Positions 1 through 7,900 of a stretch of 24,000 nt of DNA are shown piece by piece. The position numbers and the translations under genes were made by a program. The first letter of the stretch is position 1; the number at the start of each line of letters is the position of its first letter. Source of the stretch: Candidatus Heimdallarchaeota archaeon. Its GTDB lineage: Archaea; Asgardarchaeota; Heimdallarchaeia; Heimdallarchaeales; Kariarchaeaceae. The stretch lies in the NCBI GenBank assembly GCA_015523565.1, contig WAKA01000148.1, forward strand, positions 1 through 24,000. The letters are read 5' to 3'. The notes under the pieces were generated by a model. The model saw only the letters and a list, made by a program, of their open reading frames with translations, ran no database searches and had not been told where the DNA came from.

Positions 1-514
1 CCCACCCCTTGTCGGCAAAGGAACCCTTGTATCCCATCCCCTTGACAGGAATCTTTCCCTTTTCAGCCTCATTCAATACAATAAGATAAGGATTGGTTGC
101 TTCTTTTGTAATGTCTTTTGTCTGCCAATAAGAATCCGCAAACTTGTTAATCGCAGGATTTCTTTCAACGGTACAGAATTCAGGATATTCCTGTACGCAT
201 CTAAGGCATCCCGTGCAATATTCCCGTCGAGGCATAAATCCGCCGAACGGTCCACTGAACACACCATAAATGCAAGGTCTGCTTAACAATGTATCCCTAT
301 ATTCTTTTTTCAGCAATTTGAAATTGTATGTGAAAACCTCCTTAAGCAGAGTCTTGAAGAGCCCGAATTTCCCCACTTTGGGATAGAAAGGATAAGGTTT
401 GGAAATTCTTGGAGGTGCAGGGGATGTTCTTATTTTGAAACGATTATATTCACCAGTGGTTTTTTCAAGATCAATGGTTTTCTGTGCAAGAAATACAACA
501 GATTTTTTGCTCAT
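1..514 (-). CDS. Partial CDS (first 171 codons, runs off the left edge). Cys-containing oxidoreductase-like protein, tentatively the N-terminal part of an FMN-binding glutamate-synthase-family protein.
   Basis: Absent from the ORF track because it is open at the window edge. My translation from the ATG at 514-512 reads MSKKSVVFLAQKTIDLEK...RPCIYGVFSGPFGGFMPRREYCTGCLRCVQEYPEFC...EAEKGKIPVKGMGYKGSFADKGW, with no stop down to position 2. The family assignment rests only on remembered family patterns (the Cys cluster followed by a G-x-G-Y-x-G-x-F...GW segment). Confidence 0.5.
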   Translation of the reverse strand, partial: MSKKSVVFLAQKTIDLEKTTGEYNRFKIRTSPAPPRISKPYPFYPKVGKFGLFKTLLKEVFTYNFKLLKKEYRDTLLSRPCIYGVFSGPFGGFMPRREYCTGCLRCVQEYPEFCTVERNPAINKFADSYWQTKDITKEATNPYLIVLNEAEKGKIPVKGMGYKGSFADKGW

Positions 515-797
515 TTCCTTGGAAGTTTGCGTTATCAATATCATGTTTGGACGACATCTTGTTTAAAAATGATTCGAAATGAAATCGTCCACACAACACC
601 ATCCAAATTTGAACAAAATACAATATTTTTTTAAAATTAAAGATATAATCCCGCATTTTACGAATTTCATAGGAACAGATTGATTTCCGAAAATTATCAG
701 GAATTGGTTGGAAAAAGGCAGGGAAAGCTTCAAAATAAAATATTCGAAGCTGCGCTAAAAAGACCAGATGAGAAAATATCCAGAATCGTTGAACAGT

Positions 798-1184
798 TTA
801 TCCGAGAATTTCCGCGATTTTCTTTGCTGCAATATCCATTTCATGGAAGATAAGCCCTAGTTTTGCATCCTTGCTTGTTGAAACAGTCAAGACAGCATTT
901 GACCCGGCAGACACTGAAATGACATGACCATCCTTACCCTCTACAAATATTTTCTGAAGTAATCCCCGATTTAGGTTATTGCTGATCTTTTCGCCAAGAG
1001 ACAGCATTGCGGCCGTCATTGCGGCGACAATGGCATCTTCATATTCAGGAGGCATTCGTGAGGCAATTGGTAGACCTTCAATTGAAACTATTGCAGCAGC
1101 CTCAATTTCTTTTACATTTACATCAATCTCTCGAAGGATTTCATCCAAATCTTTTGCTTTATCGTCAAATGAGAAGTCGAACAT
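798..1184 (-). CDS. Roadblock/LC7 (MglB-like) domain protein
   Basis: 128-aa ORF with an ATG start. AAAIVSIEGLPIASRMP...AAMTAAMLSLGEKI...GHVISVSAGSNAVLTVSTSKDAKLGLIFHEM fits the Roadblock/LC7 alpha-beta-alpha pattern. The antisense ORFs 979-1233 and 1007-1201 are treated as shadows. Confidence 0.85.
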   Translation of the reverse strand: MFDFSFDDKAKDLDEILREIDVNVKEIEAAAIVSIEGLPIASRMPPEYEDAIVAAMTAAMLSLGEKISNNLNRGLLQKIFVEGKDGHVISVSAGSNAVLTVSTSKDAKLGLIFHEMDIAAKKIAEILG

Positions 1185-1316
1185 GGTCAGATCCCCAGTA
1201 ATTCATTTAGAAACTGTTTCTAATGGATATTAATCATTCTTTAATAAAAACATATTGGAAAGCAATTGGTTTTTGTTCAATGATTTATGATACTATAGTT
1301 CGCATGGGAAAATCGA

Positions 1317-1353
1317 TTATATAAAGGCGCACAATGTTGGGATTTATTAAATT
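1317..1353 (+). promoter_or_regulatory. Candidate archaeal promoter region for the GPN GTPase gene (two TATA-like boxes)
   Basis: TTATATAAA lies at 1317-1325 and TTTATTAAAT at about 1343-1352, which is 47 nt and about 20 nt upstream of the ATG at 1372. It sits in the divergent intergenic region shared with the Roadblock gene. Confidence 0.35.
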
Positions 1354-1371
1354 TGTTCAAAAACTCCACGT

Positions 1372-2133
1372 ATGAACATCGGATATTTTCTGGGACCGGC
1401 TGGTTCTGGAAAGTCTCATGCAACTGCTGCGCTTTATGATTGGATGAACAGGGTAGAATTGGACGTTATCACGGTCAATTTAGACCCCGCTGTGATTAGG
1501 TTGCCCTATGCACCCGCAATAGACATAAGGCAATATGTTGATTATGAGGATATTGTGGATAGGTTTGAGCTGGGACCAAATGGGGCAATCATCGCCGCCA
1601 TGGACCAAGTTGCCTTGAATATTGACGAGGTGATTGAGGAACTGAAAAATTATGGGGCAGATTATGTCTTGGTTGACCTGCCGGGACAGATGGAAGCATT
1701 TGCTTTCAGGGGAAGTGGTCCCCTTATAATCTCAAGCCTGGCACAGGACAATATTGCGGCAGGGGCATTTTTGATAGACCCAATATTGTGCAACACAGCC
1801 TCAAGCTTCATTTCAATTTTGCTCTTTGGGGTTTCAATAAGTTATAGGCTTCACACAGGCATGGCATTTGTCATCTCAAAGGGGGACTTACTGAAGGAAA
1901 ACCGATTGATACGCATGCAGGAATGGGTGGAAAATCCAGAATTTCTCATGGAGGACTTGAGATTGGAAAAAAACATCCTTAACGCGGACCTTTCCCAAAG
2001 GATTGCACAATTGGTCATTGAAAACGAACACCTCAGTGAATTCCCTGTAATCTCGTCAGAAACCCATCAGAACATAGACTTGGCGTTTGCAGAATTTCAG
2101 AGGATTTGGAATTCCGAAGACATGTTTAGTTAA
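1372..2133 (+). CDS. GPN-loop GTPase (Npa3/XAB1/PAB0955 family)
   Basis: Walker A GPAGSGKS, the eponymous GPN loop in FELGPNGA, DLPGQME (switch II/Walker B) and SKGDLL in the NKxD position. 253 aa, the typical size for the family. Confidence 0.9.
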   Translation: MNIGYFLGPAGSGKSHATAALYDWMNRVELDVITVNLDPAVIRLPYAPAIDIRQYVDYEDIVDRFELGPNGAIIAAMDQVALNIDEVIEELKNYGADYVLVDLPGQMEAFAFRGSGPLIISSLAQDNIAAGAFLIDPILCNTASSFISILLFGVSISYRLHTGMAFVISKGDLLKENRLIRMQEWVENPEFLMEDLRLEKNILNADLSQRIAQLVIENEHLSEFPVISSETHQNIDLAFAEFQRIWNSEDMFS

Positions 2134-2194
2134 TGAAAAAATCCTTGTATTTAATCGATGAGTATTTTATAGGAGAAAAACACTAGGGGAATCA

Positions 2195-2971
2195 GTGAAA
2201 GAGAGGTTCTCGCCCTATAACCTTATTTACGCAATCTACAAGCGGAATCTGAAAAGGAAAGTCAAGGCAGGAACTATCCCAAAACATGTAGGGCTTATTC
2301 TGGACGGCAATAGAAGAGGGGCAACCACTTTGGGGATTTCCAAGGAACGCGGATACAAGATGGGGGCACAAAAACTTGAGGAGGTCCTGAATTGGGCCTG
2401 GGATTTGGGAATCAAAGCAATTTCCGTCTGGATATTCTCTACAGAAAACTTCCAAAGGTCAGATGATGAGAAGTCGGTCATTTTTAAACTTGCCAAGGAA
2501 AACGCCATCAAGATAAGGAATGATGAAAGGGTACATGAAAAGAAAATACAGGTGCGGTTTTCAGGAGAAATATCAATGCTTCCCGAAAGCCTCCAAGAGG
2601 AATTTCGGAAGACGGAAGAGGCGACAAAAGATTACAACGACTACATATTGAACATTTGTGTCGCATACGGCGGCAGAAAAGAGATTGTGCATGCCGTAAA
2701 GAAAATTGCCAAACATGTCAAGGATGGGAAACTCGATATTGATTCCATCAATGAGGAAATGATTGCCATGTATCTCTATACCACAGGCCTTCCCGACCCT
2801 GACCTGATAATAAGAACCTCTGGGGAGATACGGCTTTCAGGCTTCCTTCTCTGGCAGGGAGTCTATTCGGAACTTTATTTCACAGATGTCTACTGGCCAT
2901 TGTTCCGTGAAATTGACTTTTTGCGGGCAATTAGGTCATACCAGTTGAGACAAAGAAGATTTGGAAAATAA
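2195..2971 (+). CDS. uppS: cis-prenyltransferase: tritrans,polycis-undecaprenyl-diphosphate synthase
   Basis: HVGLILDGNRRGA, VWIFSTENFQR, NICVAYGGR, IIRTSGEIRLSGFLLWQ and the C-terminal RRFG are classical UppS motifs. The start is GTG at 2195, with no earlier in-frame ATG. Confidence 0.9.
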   Translation: MKERFSPYNLIYAIYKRNLKRKVKAGTIPKHVGLILDGNRRGATTLGISKERGYKMGAQKLEEVLNWAWDLGIKAISVWIFSTENFQRSDDEKSVIFKLAKENAIKIRNDERVHEKKIQVRFSGEISMLPESLQEEFRKTEEATKDYNDYILNICVAYGGRKEIVHAVKKIAKHVKDGKLDIDSINEEMIAMYLYTTGLPDPDLIIRTSGEIRLSGFLLWQGVYSELYFTDVYWPLFREIDFLRAIRSYQLRQRRFGK

Positions 2972-2981
2972 AGGGAAAACA

Positions 2982-3434
2982 CTATTTGGTACGACCAATA
3001 CGGAATTTGAGGATGGATTGCCTTTTATATGTCTCAAGAATGTAGTCATGGCTTTCTGGAAGCTCACGCTTCTTCAACAGGGAGTTGCGAACCAATGGCT
3101 CTGAAACATACACCACCATTCGATCAAGATATGGAAGTTGGGAAAAAAGATCAGGAACCAAGTCTTCATTGGGTACAACCAGTTTCATGCCAATAATATG
3201 CCCAAATGAATCACCAGGTTGCAGAACAGTCAATGAGATGACATCATCAATGACAGAATACCGGTCAACACCCACGTGATCAACCAATGCGGGTTTCGAA
3301 AGATAGAGATTAACGCCAGACAATCTTAGCTCGATTGCCAATTCCTCAAGCACATTCAGCTCAGATGGAGAAATCAATCGATCCAGGGAAACATTTGAAG
3401 CCCGGCGCAAACGTCTCAGACGTTTATAATACAT
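2982..3434 (-). CDS. Hypothetical protein (150 aa), no recognisable motif
   Basis: ATG start with a TATA box 25-32 nt upstream. Convergent with uppS across an 10-nt gap. Basic N-terminus (MYYKRLRRLRRA). The antisense ORF 3085-3279 is treated as a shadow. Confidence 0.6.
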   Translation of the reverse strand: MYYKRLRRLRRASNVSLDRLISPSELNVLEELAIELRLSGVNLYLSKPALVDHVGVDRYSVIDDVISLTVLQPGDSFGHIIGMKLVVPNEDLVPDLFSQLPYLDRMVVYVSEPLVRNSLLKKRELPESHDYILETYKRQSILKFRIGRTK

Positions 3435-3458
3435 CTACTTAGATTCTGTGGAAAACAG

Positions 3459-3466
3459 TATAAATA
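3459..3466 (-). promoter_or_regulatory. TATA box for the 2982-3434 gene
   Basis: The plus strand reads AGTATAAATACG (minus-strand CGTATTTATACT), ending about 24 nt upstream of the ATG at 3434. This spacing fits a leaderless or short-leader archaeal mRNA. Confidence 0.5.
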
Positions 3467-3505
3467 CGTTCACTAAAAAAAAGAACCTAGTGACAAGTTT
3501 CTTGA

Positions 3506-4315
3506 TTTTCAAAAAATAAGCAAGATCATGGAAGGAACCAGCCCCACGCCAAACGAGCACCAAAGGTGGTGAAGAACATGGAAAAGAGGTACCGAGACAA
3601 TCTGATTTCCCAAGCAAAAGAAGCCTCCCAAACCTTGCCTTCGAAAAGGTCGTTTTCCTTAAGTGGAGGGATAAAACGGAAATGCCTGCTCTATATGATC
3701 TCCCCCCATCGAGAAGAAGACATTCAGATCACGGGAAAAATCCCATTGAATAAACCAGTGAAAGACAATTTATTCAGATCAGGATTGTATACCGATGAAG
3801 CCATTAAAGGACTAAAATCGATCCCGATCGAACAAATCATATGACTCCCCAAAAAGATACTATGAAGCCTTCCCTCTATGGCTTGAAGCAAGATTGAGAA
3901 GAATACTCCATACATTGACTCTCAATCAAAATCCCCTGATACATAATTTTGAAGCTTGGAAAAAATAATATTCAGCTCAGGAAAACTGACCGATGTAATT
4001 AGTACAAGAAGAATTTGGGAACTCGCCAAAAAATACCTCGCAATAGGTTCAAGATTACAGATGACCAAATTCGGCAAACAAATCATCTCCAAGCCATACA
4101 AACCGTTCAGATATCTGACAATGCCAACCCCCATTTTCCTTGATCACAAGATATTCCAAAATGGCAACTTCATCAAAATGCTCAAAAAAATATTCCCAAA
4201 TAAACCAATCCCCAAAAATCTTGAAAAAATACCCTCCAGAAAAAAATCTATCTTGATATCCTTGAAACCGCACATCAATCGCGCAACAAACCCTTCCCAA
4301 AAAAGACATAGATAA
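3506..4315 (+). pseudogene. 5'-truncated, frameshifted fragment of a paralogue of the 1149-aa gene (equivalent to about its last 270 residues)
   Basis: Reading frames 2, 0, 2 in turn gives collinear similarity to residues ~885-1149 of the large ORF. RYYEAFPLWLEARLRRILHTLTLNQNPLIHNFEAWKK (3855-3965) matches HYYQKIHYWIEAQLRRILNRLTLDKDLFEQNLDKWCK. RIWELAKKYL..KPFRYLTMPTPIFLDHKIF matches HILEIAKRYL..RPFRSGAYLTPIFLDPKLF. Frame breaks fall at about 3816-3843 and in the A-run at 3959-3965. Confidence 0.75.
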
Positions 4316-4355
4316 TTTCTTCAACTCTGTGAAAAACGTGGCTGAATTCCTAAAT
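4067..4355. repeat. Left arm of a long inverted repeat (partner 8843-9127); perfect core 4255-4355
   Basis: By manual alignment, the reverse complement of 4255-4355 is identical (101/101) to 8843-8943. Outward, the match continues with substitutions and small indels to about 4067 and 9127. Confidence 0.9.
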
Positions 4356-4400
4356 AATATTGTTATCAAAATCACAAAAAGGATTTGATTCAAATATAGA

Positions 4401-4412
4401 TTTATAAATACC
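4401..4412. promoter_or_regulatory. Orphan TATA-like element TTTATAAATACC between the tRNA 3' end and the left repeat arm
   Basis: It is the identical 12-mer to the putative L18e promoter box at 19277-19288. The core TTTATAAA is palindromic, so orientation is ambiguous and the target is unknown. Confidence 0.3.
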
Positions 4413-4431
4413 GTAGGAAACAGGAACTAGA

Positions 4432-4531
4432 TGATCCGGGAGGGATTCGAACCCACGATCACGTGCAATTTGGATGTTATCCAATTTGACCATCCCCAAG
4501 CACGCATGTTACCAAGCTACACTACCGGATC
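4432..4531 (-). tRNA. tRNA-Pro (anticodon GGG) with a 26-nt intron at the canonical 37/38 position; no encoded CCA
   Basis: Hand-folded. Acceptor GATCCGG/CCGGATC plus discriminator A. D arm GTGT-AGCTTGGTA-ACAT. Anticodon stem CGTGC/GCACG with loop TTGGGG..T. T arm GTGGG-TTCGAAT-CCCTC (one U-U mismatch). The intron at 4468-4493 contains the hairpin TTGGAT-AAC-ATCCAA. The mature length would be 74 nt. Confidence 0.85.
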
Positions 4532-4541
4532 TACTATTTGT

Positions 4542-4557
4542 TGTGGAATTTTCCACA
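4542..4557. repeat. Perfect 16-nt palindrome TGTGGAATTTTCCACA, 11 nt upstream of the tRNA 5' end
   Basis: Read directly from the sequence. It lies between an A/T-rich TATA-like stretch (4561-4573) and the mature tRNA 5' end. It could be an operator or a leader hairpin; the function is unknown. Confidence 0.6.
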
Positions 4558-4889
4558 TTTGATAATTAGATAATTTTCTTTTAATGTTTTTTCATGGTTA
4601 CGTGTTAGATTTTTTGATTCTTTTTAATTCTTTATTTCAGTGGGTTTCTGTTAAAATATTGATGGATTGTTTTGGTTTTCTTTTTTTCCTTTATGAATTT
4701 TTTTGGATACTTTGGATGTTTGGATTGTTAATTGAATTTTAGATAACGTTTTTGTCAGAGTTAGAGCAGCAACAGATGGTTTTATGGGGTTTCCGTCATG
4801 TGATTTTCGATAATTCATATTTTCTTGTTTTCTATCATCAGATTGAGGATCACATTTGGCATTGTTAAATTTTCATCAAAGGGTTATGA

Positions 4890-4931
4890 GGAGAGAGATG
4901 GATTGATTTATCGGGAGAGAGATGGATTGAT
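4890..4931. repeat. Two exact 18-nt direct repeats GGAGAGAGATGGATTGAT (4890-4907 and 4914-4931; period 24 nt)
   Basis: Read directly from the sequence. They lie immediately 3' of the stop codon (4935-4937) of the 1149-aa ORF. Confidence 0.85.
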
Positions 4932-4934
4932 AAT

Positions 4935-7900
4935 TCATATCCTTGCAAACAGGATTTTGAGTTTTCCGATTTCAGTTTTGAAATTTTGGATAATATTGAA
5001 GAAATGGTTGTTTTTGTGTGGCAAATTCATTTTAAGAATTGCATTGATGTCGGCTTCAAATGTTTTTCTGTAATCAAGGACAGGTTCAGGTTTATTATCA
5101 ACAATTATATTTATATCGAATCGTTGTATGATTTTCCGATACTGTTTTTTGTTTTCTGCAAACAGTTTTGGATCAAGGAAAATTGGGGTCAGGTAAGCCC
5201 CAGATCGGAATGGTCTGTCACCGAGCGTTCTTTTTATTAGGACCTTTTCTGCATTTTCGTCATAAGCCAAAGTGTGACCTGGGACAAGATATCGTTTAGC
5301 AATTTCGAGGATATGTTTTTTACCAAAAATGGTTTCGAAAGTCACATCAGTATTTCCTAGTTTTAGTTTGCACCATTTATCCAAATTCTGTTCGAACAGG
5401 TCTTTATCCAACGTCAATCGGTTCAAAATTCTGCGGAGCTGTGCTTCGATCCAATAATGGATTTTTTGGTAATAATGTTCTTTATTTTTAAATATCAAGA
5501 GATTTTCCCGTCCCGTTTTTGTTCCAAGATGTTTTGTTCCTAAAAATTCAGGGTCTATAGTGTCTGGATTTTGTGGAAAATGTCCAGGGAGCATTCTTAG
5601 GTCGAGAATTGTAAACACATTTCCTACAGGTTCGTTATTTGTTTTTGGATCAAACCATACGAAAACATTTTTCAAGTGGAGACAATTCATTTTAAATTTA
5701 ATCTTTACCAAGTTATCGGTAATTCCAGAGGCTACTTGTTTAAGTTCTTCAATCATAGACAATTCGAAAGGTTTTCCATGTTTTTTAGTGAAATCCATGA
5801 TTGTTTCTTGGTGGAAATAATTCATGAGTTCGTTGAAATATGTTGCAAGAAAGCTTATTAGTCTGCCATTTTTCATCAAATGTTTAAGAAAACTTTCAGC
5901 CCGTTCGATGTTAAGTTTTTTGTTCACCATCAGTGAATAATCATTCAATGTTCCTGTGGGGGGTCTGAAATGCAAATAGGTAAGTTTTTGTTTTTCATGG
6001 AAAGCTTCCACTATTTCAATCAACGGGACGGGGGGTTCTACAGCAGAGTATATTTCGGCGGTCAATCCTCCCAAAGGGCTGGGCAAATGACTATTGGAAA
6101 ATGATCGATGTCCAATTGGCAATTTTCCAAACCATAGCAAGACAATATCGGTTTCCTCTTCAGCGATAGCTTTTTTGTTAATTCTCCATCCTTTCAAGTA
6201 ATTGGATATTTTCTCTTCAGGAATCAGGAATTTAAGAAGGGATGATGGAGATTGTATGTATTTGACAGGGGCGTGGTGGTTTTCATAATGTATTCCAGCG
6301 GTCACACGAGTTGTGGTGACATAATTGTCGACTTCCACGTAGACCATGGTTTCTCCGTTTTGATTTGGTTTTGTTAAAATTATTGGATTTTTACTTTTTG
6401 TGTTGACCCTTTCGATTATTTTCATAAACAGATGTGGATCAATACCTCTCGTATTCCACTTCAGACCAAATTCAGAAACATCAAAAGAGCGATAATGATT
6501 GAAGGTTATTGGAAAATCCCCTCTCAATTTACCCAACAGATTTTCAACTTCCGAAGCAGTGGTTCCTGCATATGAGAGAATGTTTACTTCAGGCATCCAT
6601 CTGCCCAAGATGAAATTCGATTGGTGTCCTTGGTTCACAGTTGAAAAGACCAGATTGTACACTTGCTCCTGAAATCTTCTGAATTGATCCAGATCGTCTG
6701 TTTGAAGAGGAGCTCTTGAAAAAAGAGAAATGTCGTCAATTTCAATGGAAAACATGTCGAGATCATCGAAGTACCTGACAATGCCGTTCCGATCGATGAA
6801 TTTTGTGATACCAAAGCGATGAACTATTCCTTTTGGAGTATTGATTGTTTGTGGTGCAAAGAAGGTGTCTTTGTCAATGATACCGATATAAAGGGTCCCG
6901 TTTGCATCCCTCAAAGGGATTTGTATAATGTCCGATAGGTTTGATATGATGTCCCCGACAGAGGTGGAAACTAAGTTGTCTTGTTTTTTTATGATTAAGA
7001 GGTTATTTTCCATTGCATCTTTTATAGTATTGATTGAGCTAAACCCGATGCCAAGGTCTTTTGGTTCAGGCCACCTCCCACTTCTCATGAATTCAATCAT
7101 CTGATGTTGTGCAATGGAATTCTCCATCTTCTGGACGTATCCTTTGATTATGCAGTGAACAATCTGTTTCTGGTTCTCTGAAAGTTGTGAGAATTTCAGC
7201 TCACCGAAGCTCCTTTTTGCGATTGCCAACTTGAATTCATTTGTTGCAAGAGAAACTGCATTGGAAGAGCGTAACCCTTCTGAATCGACATAAAACAATT
7301 GGTCAATTCCCAGTGCACAGGTCAATTTTATCCAATCCCGTTTCAAGCGGTCGATTCGATCGAATCCGACACCACCAATAAACAAGCGTTTATCCTCTAT
7401 TGACCTAATCAAAGCAGGGTAGTCTTCAATCTTTCCAAGCACTAGTTTGGTATTTTCATTTCCTTTCAGTGTAATCCTGTTTGCATCGGTTATGAATGTT
7501 CTTCGATCCAAATTATCTGAAAGGTTTATTTTATACTCTTCAATGGTGTTCATAAAAGTCTTATCCTGTATTTGCTCAATCAGGAAGTTGGTGGTTCTTG
7601 TCAGGTCATCGGTTCCTTCAATTGGAGTGCTTGGGATAATCAATGTCAGCCTGTCTGTACCAGATGACACCCCATTTGCATCTAGGGTATGGCGTTTGAT
7701 GTGATCAATTGCATTTTTCAGGGCTTCATCAACGAGATCGACTGAAGTGCATGAAACAGGGATGTTCCTTTCCTTTATCTTATTGATGACTTGCTTTTTC
7801 TTTGCATCCGAGAGTTTGAACACTGTACCATTCAACACATTGTCTTCATTGGTGGAGCTGTTGAGGATCAGGCTTGCAGGGAAGATATCATTGTCCAACA

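Noticed and set aside
471-656. 61-aa minus-strand ORF overlapping the start of the partial left-edge CDS
   Set aside because: It is out of frame with, and overlaps, the much longer open frame starting at 514, and its composition is implausible.
3435-4134. Minus-strand ORFs 3435-3617, 3724-3915 and 3922-4134
   Set aside because: They are antisense to the paralogue pseudogene fragment, have no motifs and are short. They are regarded as chance frames in decaying sequence.
4055-4393. ORF antisense to the repeat arm, with a conserved counterpart at 8835-9017 (shared peptide RNSATFFTELKKLSMSFLGRVCCAIDVRFQGY)
   Set aside because: The conservation is a trivial consequence of the 101-nt perfect nucleotide identity. 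The opposite strand shows long collinear homology to the C-terminus of the 1149-aa protein, which explains the sequence better. Transcription of this strand is not excluded (see the TATA finding).
4542-4557. Palindrome as an archaeal origin recognition box (ORB)
   Set aside because: The half-site order (TGGAA..TTCCA) is the reverse of the ORB core (TTCCA.TGGAA). There is only one copy, and no orc1/cdc6 gene is nearby.
5040-5080. RuvC-III-like FEADINAILKMN suggesting a Cas12/TnpB-type nuclease
   Set aside because: There are no convincing RuvC-I/II motifs in the expected order and spacing, no zinc-finger/TNB Cys pairs, and no adjacent CRISPR array or obvious guide-RNA scaffold.
6760-6900. Reverse transcriptase or family-B DNA polymerase call from IIDKDTFFAP (like D-x-x-S-L-Y-P-S or RT motif A) and RYFDDLD (like YxDD / YxDTD)
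   Set aside because: The two motifs are only ~36 aa apart, versus ~75-200 aa in RTs and PolBs. There is no motif B (QG..SP or K...NS.YG) and no RT motifs 1-2. It is kept only as a weak palm-like hint.
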